A stretch of DNA of 63,099 nt, filler included, from Reclinomonas americana ATCC 50394 (GCA_048213135.1; 4 parts of 3 records of this genome joined end to end with filler, not necessarily neighbours in it), one strand, 5' to 3'. Numbered from the whole stretch's first letter, positions 47,453 to 60,180 are shown. Made by a program: numbers and translations. Notes: generated by a model not told the origin, from the letters alone.

Positions 47453-48397
47453 CACACCCCAACCAACAGCATGTCATCCCGCGCACAAGCCGCCTCCTCG
47501 GCCGCCTCGGCCTCGCGCTCAAGAGACGACGACGACGACGACGACGACGACGAGGAAGAGGAAGACGAATTCGAATTCGAATTCTGCGACGAGCCAGCCC
47601 ACAGAGAGAATGACAAGAGTAAAACTCTTGGATGTAGCCGTTCAGATCAGCGTCTGCGTCCCAGACTATGAACTTGGCACAGCGCTGCAATTCGAATTGT
47701 TCTTTTCGTCCCACATGTCCCCGACCGACGCCAGTCTTTCAGAACGCTCCGCTCACCACACGCCAACCACCAGCATGTCATCCCGCGCACAAGCCGCCTC
47801 CTCGGCCGCCTCGGCCTCGCGCTCAAGAGACGACGACGACGACGACGACGACGAGGAAGAGGAAGACGAATTCGAATTCGAATTCTGTGACGAGCCAGCA
47901 CACAGAGAGAATGCCAACAGCAAAACTCTTGGATGTAGCCGTGCAGATCAGCGTCTGCGTCCCAGACGTAGAACTTGTGGCCGCAAACGCAGTGCGATTC
48001 GAATTGTTCTTTTCGTCCCACATGTCCCCGACCGGCACTCACCCCCTGGCCACCCCCACCCCCACACGCCAACCAACAGCATGTCATCCCGCGCACACGC
48101 CGCCTCCTCGGCCGCCTCGGCCTCGCGCTCAGGAGACGACGACGACGACGACGACGAGGAAGAAGAGGAAGAAGACGAATTCGAATTCGAATTCTGTGAC
48201 GAGCTCGAGCCTGTTTTGCAGTTGAGAGAGTAATACTCGTCTACGTACGTCGTGCAGATCAGTGCTTGTGTCCCAGACTATGAAACGGCAGTGCTGCTTC
48301 GAATTGTTCTTTTCGTCCCACACCGCGTGTCCGACCACATTCACCCACTCCCTGGCACCACATCCACACGCCAACCAACAACATGTCATCCCGCGCA
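47453..48397 (+). repeat. ~304-bp tandem repeat (3 full + 1 partial), each starting a short acidic ORF
   Basis: ATGTCATCCCGCGCA at 47471, 47775, 48081 and 48383. Each full unit has (GAC)n(GAR)n and GAATTCGAATTCGAATTC. Confidence 0.9.
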
Positions 48398-49139
48398 NNN
48401 NNNNNNNNNNNNNNNNNGCGTCGGGGACTGTGATTCCCGCCCCTCGTCGACCTTTCACTGGCTGTGCGCGCTTGGCTCACTCTTCACGTCTCATCTCTCG
48501 TCTCTCGTCGTCTCCGATTGCGTCGTCCCTCGTTCCTCGCGCTTTCTGGTCCGCCCTTGCAAATTTGTCGCTTTTCTCCGCTGCTTGCACTAAAGAGGCA
48601 CACCCTCCTTTTCTGTCCTTCTCTTCCTTCTTCGGTCGCTCCGATGTCTTCCTTCGTTTCCGCGCCGCTTGACTGCATTGCATCAGCTGTCGCCGAAGAC
48701 CGCACTCCCTCCTTTTCTTTTCTGTCCTTCCATGTCCTTCTTCGACGCTCGCTCGGTTTGTCTTCTTCTGCGCTTCTTGATAAACCTGCACCTGACGCTC
48801 TCTCGCTTCTTTCCTTGTCCTTCTTCGACGCTCTCTCCCTTTGTCTGCGCTTCGTGATCAAACTGCACCTGACGGTCTCTCGCTCTTTCTTCTTCTGTCC
48901 CTCTTTCCTTCCATGTCCTTCTTCGACGCTCTCTCCATTTGTCTGCGAGTCTTGATCAAACTGCTCCTGGCGAGCTCTCTCGCTCTTTGTTCTTCTGTCC
49001 ATTTCATTCTTCTCCGCTTGCTGTCATTCATTCTGCTTTCTTGGTCGCTTGCGTTCGCTGACGAACCCACTCGCTTTTTCTTGATCGCTCCCTTTTTTTG
49101 TCTTTCGCTTTGATTGCTTNNNNNNNNNNNNNNNNNNNN

Positions 49140-52100
49140 GGGCCAGGTGATTTCGTACTTTTCGTCACGGTGCAGGAAGTAGAGGTGCGCCACGCCACCG
49201 CACAGACTGCGTGCACGTGGCGTAAAAGGGGGGTTGAGTGGTGGAATGAAAGGGTCACTCAAACGGGAGAAACAGAAGCACGCAACGTTCCCGCAGAGTT
49301 GCCGTAGAACTTGGCCTTTGGTGCAAAGACGCCGTTGATCATCACGTTGCGTCGTCGGCAGTAGGCGTGGAAGGCGCTGATCGGCGGGTGGTGCGAGACC
49401 TGAACAAAAGGGAAGGAGAAGGGGGGAGGGGGGAAAGGGGGAGGGGGGAAAGGGGGAGGGGGGAAAGGGGAAGGGAGGTGAGCAATCGAGCGAAGCNNNN
49501 NNNNNNNNNNNNNNNNGATCTGTACATTCGTGGTGTGATTATCGGGCGGCTGCGCATGGAGATGGGCGGCACGGTGACCATCAAGTGTGAGAAGACGGGT
49601 CTGATGGCGGAACTCGAGTTCAAGAATCGCGGCTTCTTTGGCGGCACCAACAACTCCATCTCGGGCAAGATCAAGGAGATTGGTTCGCGGCCGAGGAAGT
49701 TTTACCGCATCGACGGCCGCTGGGATCAGCAGCTGTGGATCCACCCAGAGGATGACAAGAAGGTTCGTTTTCTGTATGTCGCGTATGTGCGTATTTTCCT
49801 GCGCTATGTGTGAACTCACTGGCTCGGGCGACGTGCAGGCGCGAGAAATCTTTTTCGACGCGCAGTCAGCTGTCAAGTGGAAGAAGCTTGTGCGCCGATT
49901 TGAGAAGCAGGCCGACAATGAGTCGCGCAAGTTGCGTCTTCGTCTCTCGCGAAGCTCACGATGCGATGCGATGCTGATGAGTTTTAACTGTGTGTGGCAC
50001 AGAGTGTGGGTGAACCTCACCAAGGCGCTGACGCAGCGAGACCAAACTCTGGCGCAAGAGTGCAAGAACGCAGTAGAGGATGAGCAACGAGCGTTGCGGA
50101 AGCAGCGCGAGGAAGAGGGTGTGGAGTGGGATCCAGTGTACTTCCATGAGGAGGAGGAGAGCTACTGGGTGTTCAAGACTGCCAAGTTGCGTCGCCTATC
50201 TACCGCCTTCTTCTTGCGTCCTGCTCTCCGTCTCTTCTGCTTGACCTGCATGTCGTCGTTTCTTCCTCTTCCTAGTTTTTTCCTTGTTATTTGCTCTTCG
50301 TTTCCTCTTCTTCGTCCCTTCTGCTGCACTTGCATCCCCGCCAACGCTGCATTTTCTCCTGTGCTTTTTATTGCTCTTTGTTTTCTCCTCTTCATCTCTT
50401 CTGCTGCATGTCTCCCGCTGCATTTTCCCCTGTGCTTTTTGCTCTTTGTTTTCTCCGCTTCGTCTCTTCTGCTGCACGTGCATCCCTTCCACCGCTGCAT
50501 TTTCTCCTGTGCTTTTTGCTCTTTGTTTTCTCCTCTTCGTATCTTCTGCAGCACGTGTTGCACCTCTCCCGCCGCTTCTTTCTTTTTCTCCTGTGCCATT
50601 GTTTGTTTCCTTCACGTCATTACTCTATGATTAGTTCTCTTTTATCACACTCCCCTTCCTCTTTATTGTTGGTTCTCCGTCACCTGCTCCTTAATATTGT
50701 CGCTCGTTCTTCTCCCTCGTGCGCATTGTTTCCTGTCTCAGCCACCTCATCTTTCAACTACCTTTGTCATTTGTCTGCCTCTGCTTTCTCATCTTCTTTG
50801 CCTACCTTTCTCCTCCTTCTCCCCCTCCTTCTCTTCCCCCTTTCCCTTCCCCCTTTCCCTTTCCCTCTCCCCTTTCTTCACCCTTCCTCCTCCCCCTTCC
50901 TCTTCCCTCTCTCTTCCCACTCTCTTCCCCCTTCCTCTTCCCCTTCCTCTTCCCCTCCTCCTCCTCCCCATTTTCCTCCTCCTCCTCCTCCTCCTCCTCC
51001 CCCTCCCCTCCCCTTTTCCAATTTATCCCTCACCTCTCCCNNNNNNNNNNNNNNNNNNNNNNNNNNNNNNNNNNNNNNNNNNNNNNNNNNNNNNNNNNNN
51101 NNNNNNNNNNNNNNNNNNNNNNNNNNNNNNNNNNNNNNNNNNNNNNNNNNNNNNNNNNNNNNNNNNNNNNNNNNNNNNNNNNNNNNNNNNNNNNNNNNNN
51201 NNNNNNNNNNNNNNNNNNNNNNNNNNNNNNNNNNNNNNNNNNNNNNNNNNNNNNNNNNNNNNNNNNNNNNNNNNNNNNNNNNNNNNNNNNNNNNNNNNNN
51301 NNNNNNNNNNNNNNNNNNNNNNNNNNNNNNNNNNNNNNNNNNNNNNNNNNNNNNNNNNNNNNNNNNNNNNNNNNNNNNNNNNNNNNNNNNNNNNNNNNNN
51401 NCACCAGCATGGCCTTCACCGGCGCACCTGCGGTCGACGTGGATGGCCTCGCACCACGCGTCTACGACTTCCAATACTCCTTCTTAGCAGGGAGTATAAG
51501 TATAACAAGGGTGAATGCGGACACGGCAATCGACGGTGCCACCATACGCATATTAGTGTGGTACGAACAATAATAGAGAGAACAATGTACAAGAGAGAAA
51601 AAGAAAGAAACGGGTCCCTCAGAAAGCTTTTTAAAATGACGAGTTTCTTTTTTTGTTGTGATTCTTCATGAAGGAACAAGAAAAAAGGTGAGAACGAAAA
51701 AGATCGATCCGTACAAACACACACGCACGAGTGCGCGCACACATCGGCAGCAAGAGAAAAAACACACACTAATGCAAATGTGACACGCAAAGGGAAGCAG
51801 CAGGAGACGCAGCACGGACAACAACGAAATAGAACAAGAGAACAGTAAACAGTCAACGCCGACACGGTGGGATGCGTGTGCTGTGCGGAATGATGCAGGG
51901 GGAGTGGGGAGTGGGGAAGCGAAGGGGGGGCGGAGAGAAAACGAGAGCGTGGCGGAAGTGATGGTGGTAACCGCCCACAACTCTAGGACCTGCCGCTACC
52001 ACTGCCACTGCCGCTGCCGCTGCCACTGGCTAGTGAGGCTTGCAGGGCGGCGAGCTCGCCAGCCGGTAGCAAGTTGGGCGTGTCGGGCTCCTCCGGTTCC

Positions 52101-52148
52101 TCGTCGTCGTCAGGTCGCTCCTCTTCCGACGGGTCGTAGGGGTTGAAG
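49140..52148 (+). CDS. Oxysterol-binding protein (OSBP/ORP) family, C-terminal half; two pieces appear inverted in this assembly
   Basis: Signature QVSHHPPISAF...KAKFYGNS...YEITWP on the minus strand at 49402-49140. It continues DLYIRGVIIG...ELEFKNRGFFGG...ESRKVW...KNAVEDEQR...WDPVYF on the plus strand at 49517-50185. Final exon FNPYDPSEEE...* is on the minus strand at 52148-51983. Confidence 0.85.
51402..51573 (+). CDS. Displaced (inverted) last-exon piece of the fibre-like gene at 52181-57856
   Basis: Joins in frame to the minus-strand exon start at 52200-52181: STITTI-N-TSMAFTG...IRILVWYEQ*. Confidence 0.7.
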
Positions 52149-52180
52149 CTGCAAAGGAGANNNNNNNNNNNNNNNNNNNN

Positions 52181-55100
52181 TTGATGGTTGTGATGGTGCT
52201 CTGTGGTGCGACGTGTGAGCACAACTGTGCGGTCTTGTGATCTCTCTGAGCCTTTGTCTTGCTCCCCCAAACTCTCGTTTTACATCACTCTTCCGTGCTC
52301 CCATATTACCCTTCTAATCTCCGTTCTTTTCTCTCGTTATATCTTTCTCCACTCCTTCCCCTTTCTTTCCTCTGTTCATTCTCCCAGTTTTCTCGATCTC
52401 TTCCCCTTCCATCTTTCCCCACTTCTTCCCTCCTTGCTCCCATATTTCCCATCTGATCTCCATTGTTTTCCCTCGTCACGTCTTCCTCCACTCCTTCTCC
52501 TTCCCCTTTCTTTTCGCTATCCATTCTTCCAGTCTTCTAGATCTCTTCCCCTTTCATCTTCTCCTATACCACTTCTTCCCTCCTTGCTCCCATATTTCCC
52601 ATCTGATCTCCATTGTTTTCCCTCGTCACGTCTTTCTCCACTCCTTCTCTTTCCCCTCTCTTTCCTCTATCCATTCTTCCAGTCTTCTAGATCTCTTCCC
52701 CTTTCATCTTCTCCTATACCGCTTCTTCACAACTTATTCTCCACTGCTCTCCAGTCCCCTTTACTCACCCCCACCTCGCCCTACACCCTTTGCCTTTCCC
52801 TTTCCTTTTCGCCTTCCCCTTCTCCTTCCTCTCCCATTCCTTGCCATTCTCCACAATTTTTTCTTCCGACTCCCACCCCTATCAATATCTCAATATCTCA
52901 ATATTACTTCGAAATCTTTTCTTCCCCCTCCTTCTCTATCTCCACCCTTCCCCTTGATACCCCTTCCCCCTTTCCCCTTTAACCCTTCCGCCCTTTGCCC
53001 CACTACCCACGCAACATCAATAATCTTGGAGACAGTGAGGGTGTGCGGAATGCTAATGGTCGCGCCATTGGCCGGCGCAGTGGCGGTGAAAAGGCCGACC
53101 TTGACGAAGGGTGACAGTGGTCCGAATTGCGTCCACGTCTGCACCGACATGGGTGCGGAGATCACCGTGCTGTTGGCGTTGAGGTCGGTGATGGTGGTGA
53201 GAGCGCCGACAGTGAGGAGGGCGCTGCCGCCATTCAAGGTGATGGCCGAGGTGCCGGAAACCTCGAGGAAGGCACTGCCGCCGCGTCCGGTGGTGGCCAG
53301 AGTCGAGGCGCCGCCCGTCAGCACGAAATTGCCACCGACAATCGAGGAACTTGTGTTGGCGTTCTGGCCGCGAATCGTCGTGGCAGAGCTGTTGGGCAGT
53401 GACACGGTCACGTCGCCGCTCGTGCTGGGATCGCCCACTTGCAGCGTGTTCGACTGCGACCACACACTGGTGCTGACGGTGGAGGAACCGATTTGCACGG
53501 CGCTGTTGGCGGCGGCACTGCCGACGAACAGCGTGCCCGACGTGGACGTGCCGGTGCCGGCATCGAGATACAAGGAGCGGCCAGTGTTGCTCGAGGAGAT
53601 GCCAGCTTGCACCTGCAACGTGGCCCAGTTGGTGGTGGCCGCGGTGGCGACCACGCTGCACGAGGAGCCGTCGATGAACGACAGATTCGTGTTGCTGAGG
53701 GTCACTCCGCTTTGCACATAAATGGCTCCGCTGCGTGCGTTACAACAGGTGAGAGACGGGTATCGAAAGGTAGAAGACGTGCGTAAGGCAGGGGGAACGT
53801 ACGTGGGACTGCCGAGGAGAATGTTGAGCGATTGCGACTCGAGTCCCACCGACACTGAGCCCGACATGCCGGTGGCATCTTGCGCGCCACCGTCCACGTA
53901 CAAATCGGCACCAATCGTCCCCGTCTGCGTGGTGGTGCAAGATGAGGGGCGGAACGAGAGGAGCAAAGAACACACAGACTGAGTACGGCGCAACAGTGCC
54001 CGCCGTGATCGTCACGGCCGAGGGTGTACCGGAGACAGTGGCGCCCGTGATGGTGTACAGATCGGTGACCGAGTTGCCGAGCTGGAACGTGGTGTCCACC
54101 TGCGAGGTGGTGGTGCTGAGGTTGAGGGTGGTGGCGGTTATAGCCACTGCAGTGCTGGCCGTCAGGGTGGAGCTGGCCGATGTCAGTGAGAAAGTGTTGC
54201 CGCGCACTGTCAGCGAGCCAATTGCGTTCAGGTTCAGCGCCGAGCCGCCAATCAGGTAACCGCCAGCTGCATCCACACGCAGAAGCACATGGGGTTAGTG
54301 TCCTTGACAGACTAATAAGGAGGTGCACAGTGACACACCAGTGACGGTCGAGTTGAATGCAGTGGCCGCCTGCACCGTGGCCGTGGCCGATGCCTGCAGA
54401 TCGGCCGTACCAACCAGCAGGCTGCTGGTGGCCGAGTTCACTTGCACATCGTTGGCCAGCGCCTGCAGTCGCACCTCCGCCGACGAGGCCAGCGTCACGT
54501 GTCGCTGCGCAGTGACCGTGGTCGTCGGTGCTGACACGAGAATTGACGGGTTGGCGGCGGCCATGGCGTTGAGGTCGGTGATGCGCACGGGCCCAGCCGA
54601 TACGATGGACAGGTCGCGAGTGGCCGGAAACGACACAGAGGGCGATGTGATCGACACCAGTGCCGAGGTGCCGCCGACCGCAGTCACCGACAAGTTGGTG
54701 CCGGCGGTGATGGTGACATTGGCCGAGGCCGTGGTCAACTGCATCGATTGCGGCACCGACACGCTCAGCGAGTTGGACGCGGTGAGCGTTACGCCGGCCG
54801 CGTCGCTGCGGATGGTCGCGGTCTGCGAGGCGGGTGCCTGCACCTGGAACGTGGTGGCGGCGGTGAATGTCGGCGCCGCCATGGCGCTGCTAAAGTTGAC
54901 GAGCGGCGAGTTGAACTGCACGTCGCCGCCCGTGGCCGATATCAACACGGCCGTGGTGGCCGGAATGCCGCCGGAGACCATGCTGTTGCCCATGTTGATT
55001 CCGCGGTCGGTAATGGTCGCAGGAGTGATACCGGCGGCGGTATCGAGCGACGCCAGAGTCAACGAGGTGGAGCCGTTGATGGTGGCCGCCGCCGGTGCCT

Positions 55101-57856
55101 GCCACGTGATGAGCCGTGCAGTGCCGTTGAGTGCGGCCGATGCAGTGAGTGTGATGCTGGTTGTCGCCGTGGCGACTACATCAGTGACGGCGCGCACCAC
55201 CACACTGCCAGTGACGCCCGTCGCCGCAATCGTCGCTTGCGCGGCAGCAATGCTGAACGACTCTGTCGGCTGCAGCTGCACCGTGGCCGCACTGATGTTC
55301 GTGGCGGTCGCCGAGGCCAGCGTCACATTGCCGCCGGCACTGAGCGTCATGAGAGTGGCGGAGGCGAGTGATGCTGTCTGTGGACTGTCGACCGACACGC
55401 CTTGCCAGGCCCTGATGATGAGATACTGACAGTTGACACTGACGGTGCCGGAGGTGGCCGACGAGGAAAACGTGGCCGAGGGTACGCGCAGCGACAGCAA
55501 CGATCCGCCAGTAAGCGTAATGGTCTGGCCGGCCAGGGTCATCAGGTCGGCCGACAAGTTGATGCCAGCGGAGGTGCCGCTGATCGCTGTCGACGACGTG
55601 ACAGTCACCTTTGGCCGCAGCGGTGAGTGACAGCAGGCAAATACTAATGCAGACATGTACAAACGCACCTGGGGAGCGGAGAGCAGGGAGGGCGCGCCGG
55701 ACCACTCGACTGTCGGCGCTGTCATGGTGAGCGACATGGAGCCTTGGAGATTCACCGTCGGTGCAGTGATGCGCGTCTCGGTCGTCGAACTGAGGCTCAA
55801 AGAGGGTGTGGTGGCCGTGAAGGTGTCGGTGGCGTTGAACCAGAGCACGGTGCCGACAGTGGCGTCGATGCTGACCGGCGACGACAAGTCCAATCGCTGT
55901 CCGCCCTGCAGCGACACCGTGTCGGCCGCATTCAGCGACACGGTCGGCGCCGTAATGTCGACCGTCGGTGCATTCCAGGTCAGCGGACCACCGCCGGACA
56001 CCAGCAACGTGCCCACCGAGGTGGCGATGGTGGGCGCAGTGAATTGTGCCGCCTGTGACGTGTTGACAGCAAAGGTGCCGGATTGGAGGTTGACTTGCGA
56101 GGTCGCCGTTCCGATATTGATCGCCGAGCCCGCAATGCTCACCTGGCCGTTCAGTGCGGCGTTTCCGATTTGCACCTGATGTAGAGGAGAGTGTGTGAGA
56201 GACAGGGAGACGAAAAAAAGAGTCGGAGGAAGCAGACCAGTGGAGAATTGGTGCCAATGTTGAGCGGTGTTGTGCCGACCGTGTCACCGTCCACCTGCAA
56301 ATCGCCGCCGTGGAACGCCGCCGCAGCGCCCGTAACAGCTCGCCCCAGCAGATACATGGGGATGCCGTTGGCCATGGCAGAGGTCGAGTCACTGGTGCGA
56401 ATGGTGTACGAGGGGCCGGAGCCGCCGGCGAATGTAATGCCGCCTTGCATGTTGACGTTGGTGGGGTACATGTGGACCACGCCTCCACTTGAGCCGAGGG
56501 TGACGGTCTGTGCACGGGGGTGAGGGAGATGAGAAAAAGACGGAAAGGGACAGAGAGGGAGAGAGAGGGAGAGAGAGGGAGAGAGAGAGGGAGAGAGAGN
56601 NNNNNNNNNNNNNNNNNNNNNNNNNNNNNNNNNNNNNNNNNNNNNNNNNNNNNNNNNNNNNNNNNNNNNNNNNNNNNNNNNNNNNNNNNNNNNNNNNNNN
56701 NNNNNNNNNNNNNNNNNNNNNNNNNNNNNNNNNNNNNNNNNNNNNNNNNNNNNNNNNNNNNNNNNNNNNNNNNNNNNNNNNNNNNNNNNNNNNNNNNNNN
56801 NNNNNNNNNNNNNNNNNNNNNNNNNNNNNNNNNNNNNNNNNNNNNNNNNNNNNNNNNNNNNNNNNNNNNNNNNNNNNNNNNNNNNNNNNNNNNNNNNNNN
56901 NNNNNNNNNNNNNNNNNNNNNNNNNNNNNNNNNNNNNNNNNNNNNNNNNNNNNNNNNNNNNNNNNNNNNNNNNNNNNNNNNNNNNNNNNNNNNNNNNNNN
57001 NNNNNNNNNNNNNNNNNNNNNNNNNNNNNNNNNNNNNNNNNNNNNNNNNNNNNNNNNNNNNNNNNNNNNNNNNNNNNNNNNNNNNNNNNNNNNNNNNNNN
57101 NNNNNNNNNNNNNNNNNNNNNNNNNNNNNNNNNNNNNNNNNNNNNNNNNNNNNNNNNNNNNNNNNNNNNNNNNNNNNNNNNNNNNNNNNNNNNNNNNNNN
57201 NNNNNNNNNNNNNNNNNNNNNNNNNNNNNNGGAGCGAAAGAGAGGGAGAGAAAGAGAGTATGCGCGAAATGTGAAAACGGAGAGAGAGAGCGAGAGGGAT
57301 AAAATATGAGAGTGAGAAACAGGGATAGAGAGTAAGAGAAAGAGGCAGAGATAAACAGAGTGAGAATGGCAGAGTGAGAGCGAGAGAAACCGGGGTGACG
57401 AAACGTTAGTGGTTTGTGTGCCAATATTGACCACTCCCGGCAAGCCAGTGGCGCTGCTGCCTCCTTCAATGAAGAGATCGCCACCGCGTCCATTGCTGGT
57501 GCTCTGTCCACGCAGCGTGGTACTGAAGGCGCTGGAGCCCGTCGCCGGAGGTCGTTTCATGGTGAAGGGAGTGGTGGCCGATCCTGCACGAAACAGTCAG
57601 AGAATAGAAAGCGAGAGAGAGAGAGAGAGTCTCTCGTCCACGAGAAGAACAAACCGAGAACGATGCCGGACTCGGCCCGCGTCTCGCCGCCGAATGTCAC
57701 AAAACCAGTGGCGGGCGCAGTCGTGTTGCCAATGACATCGAAGCGCACGGCCGAGGCCAGTGTCGTTCCAATGTTGATGGTGCCGTCGACAGTGTCCACC
57801 ACCAGATTGCTGTCGTTGCTGGTCTGCAGCATGGTGTTGTTGCGCAAGAACATGGA
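52181..57856 (-). CDS. Large Thr/Ser/Ala/Gly/Val-rich beta-strand repeat protein, phage tail-fibre/spike-like (5' end truncated)
   Basis: Long minus-strand ORFs (626, 367 and 182 aa) separated by short GT-AG introns. Recurrent GGDLxxxGG and SITLTA-type strands. C-terminal TQFGPLSPFVKV...SIPHTLTVSKII. Confidence 0.75.
52419..52727. repeat. Intronic 150-bp direct tandem duplication
   Basis: CATATTTCCCATCTGATCTCC at 52441 and 52591. Confidence 0.9.
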
Positions 57857-57901
57857 ANNNNNNNNNNNNNNNNNNNNNNNNNNNNNNNNNNNNNNNNNNN
57901 N

Positions 57902-57913
57902 TTAATTAATTAA
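57902..57913. other. Artificial contig-join linker
   Basis: TTAATTAATTAA between N runs. Confidence 0.95.
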
Positions 57914-57984
57914 NNNNNNNNNNNNNNNNNNNNNNNNNNNNNNNNNNNNNNNNNNNNCTCTCCTCGTCGTCGTCGTCGTGTGTG

Positions 57985-58076
<92 letters not shown>

Positions 58077-58079
58077 ATA

Positions 58080-58533
58080 ACGCAACATCAACACCTCAAA
58101 GTTGGCCTCGTCAGTGATCGCCCCACCGTCCACTGGTCGATGCAACACCGTGTCCTTGGAGTAAAACATGCCGCGCGTCTCATTGCCCGCGCCCAACACC
58201 GCACCACCACGCTTGGCCCTCGCTGCCACACTGGTATGAGAGAGAGAGATCGACGAGACCACCACAAAAAACACCATTTGGAAACTCACCGACCACCGAG
58301 TCAAACACGACCATTGGCGCGTCTTCTCCCGCAAAGCCGGCTCTTGTGCACACAGAGCCCGTGTCGATGACCACAATGGAGGATTGGAGAGCTGAGCCGC
58401 TCACGGCGGCGACCGCGGCCGCAGTCGCCGCTGCAGAGGAGCCTCCAGCTGAGGATTGCTGAGTGGCGCTCAGTCCGTTGCCGCCAGCACTGGGAGGCGG
58501 TGCGGAACCGGAGCCAGAAGCCTCGCCAGACAT
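58080..58533 (-). CDS. Divergent actin-related protein, first two exons (3' truncated by contig end)
   Basis: IVVIDTGSVCTRAGFAGEDAPMVVFDSVVG is the actin phosphate-1 motif. LHRPVDGGAITD resembles actin LKYPIEHGIVT. ~50-aa S/G/A N-terminal extension. Confidence 0.85.
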
Positions 58534-58864
58534 TGTGTGTGTGGAGAGTTGTGTTTCGCGCCCAGTTTAACTGCAAGCAGGTGCGAGCAATGTCCATCAT
58601 TGTGGCGGGAAGTGGATTTCTGCTTGTGTTTTTTGTTGCAGGTATGAGCATGGTGAGCTTGCTGGTGCGTTGTTGCTGCTGAGATCGCTGTGCATGCGGC
58701 GACGGCATTGAGAGGATTTTGATGTTTTGTACAACGTCGACGTTCGCGATTGGGAGCTCGAGACCACCGTGAGCATGCAGCGCACAGAGCACTGTGCATA
58801 GTCACGAGTGCGACTTGTTGCACTGTGTATGCGCACCACTCATGCACGCCAGGAGCTGCACGCA

Positions 58865-60142
58865 ATGGACTCGATGGATCGCGACGTCGACGTCGTGATG
58901 GAAATCTCGCCCGTGCTCGTGCGCGCCTGTTTGTCTTCGTCGACACTGTCTCGCGCACCCGCCCTTGATCCCCGACGCGCCCACTGCGGCAGGTACAACG
59001 ACTCGAGTGAGCACAACCACGCGCGCATAGCAGGACGCGATATCCGACGTCGACTTTCACTCGCGCGCCAATGGGCGCCATGTGCGGGTGCGGCAGCGAG
59101 TCCGAGAACAAGGACACGCTGGCTCCCTTACAGCCGACACTTCCCTCTCCCACTCCTCCTCCTCCTCCTCTTCCTCCGACACCTCCACGGCGTCGCTCAG
59201 TTCGCTTTGCTCCGGGTGTCTTCATTGATCACGTGCACGATGGGCTGTTGATGGCCCGTCCCGACGACAACAGCCGGCGCAGACCCACACAACGATCGCC
59301 CAAGTCAGTCGATCATGACGAGGTTCATCTCGTCACCGACACGGACAATCGTGATGGAGACTTGCAACGCGCCATTCTCGAGTCGGTGCGTGCGTGCGTG
59401 CGTGCGTGTGTGCATATGAGTGAGCGAGACGCGCAGCGGTGAATTTTCCGCCATTGTTTAGGTGAAGGATGTCAGTCGACAACAAGCCGAGGTAGTCGAA
59501 CGGCAACGCGCAGCTGCCAAGGTCGGTTTCGCTGTTGTTCTGTTGTCGTTCCTCGCATGCTCGCTCGTTTTGATCATGTGGTGGCAGGCGCGTGTGCTGA
59601 AGCGGCTGGAGGCGCTGGGCGAGGTGGAGATTGCGACTGTGATCGATGGCAATTGCTTCTTTGATGCGGTGGCCAAGCAGCTGGCGTACCTCGATGTGGA
59701 GCACTTGGATATGGGCGGTGTGCGTGCGCGAGTGGTGCAGTGGATGCAGGCGAATCGGGCCACCAAGATCCACGTGGGCGACGGTCACATGTGCTCGTTG
59801 GAGGAGGCGGTGCAGCAATTCGGCTCCTCGGTGTCGTTTGACGAGTACACGCAGACCATGGCGTGTGATGGCGTGTGGGCCGACGGGGCGTGCGTGTGGG
59901 CCACATGCCACGTCTTCCACATCAATCTGGAAATTCTCTCGTCCACCGAAGACGAAGACTACTTCATTAACACGGTACGTGCGCTCTCTCCTCGTATTCC
60001 CCGATCGAGACACAAATGGACTCTCGCTTCAACTCCACCATGTGCGCAGTTTACCCCGGCGTCGCCAGCGTCCGTCACCGTCCCGTTAATCCACTATCTC
60101 GAGTGGCACTACAGTGCGCGCCGTCAAATCACTCCCATGTGA
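58865..60142 (+). CDS. OTU-family deubiquitinase with UIM-like motif
   Basis: Cys box IDGNCFFDAVAKQL, DGVWAD, His box EWHYS. UIM-like DGDLQRAILES. Start at 58865 is inferred from phase-compatible small exons. Confidence 0.88.
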
Positions 60143-60180
60143 ATCAGTGTAGCTTATCTTGTGTTGAGGTGTGTCCGCCC

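Noticed and set aside
47453-48397. CRISPR-like repeat-spacer array
   Set aside because: Whole ~304-bp units are homologous, there are no unique spacers or cas genes, and the context is eukaryotic.
48418-51040. Hydrophobic ORFs at 48464-49113 and 50284-51487
   Set aside because: Pyrimidine-rich degenerate tandem repeats in OSBP introns.
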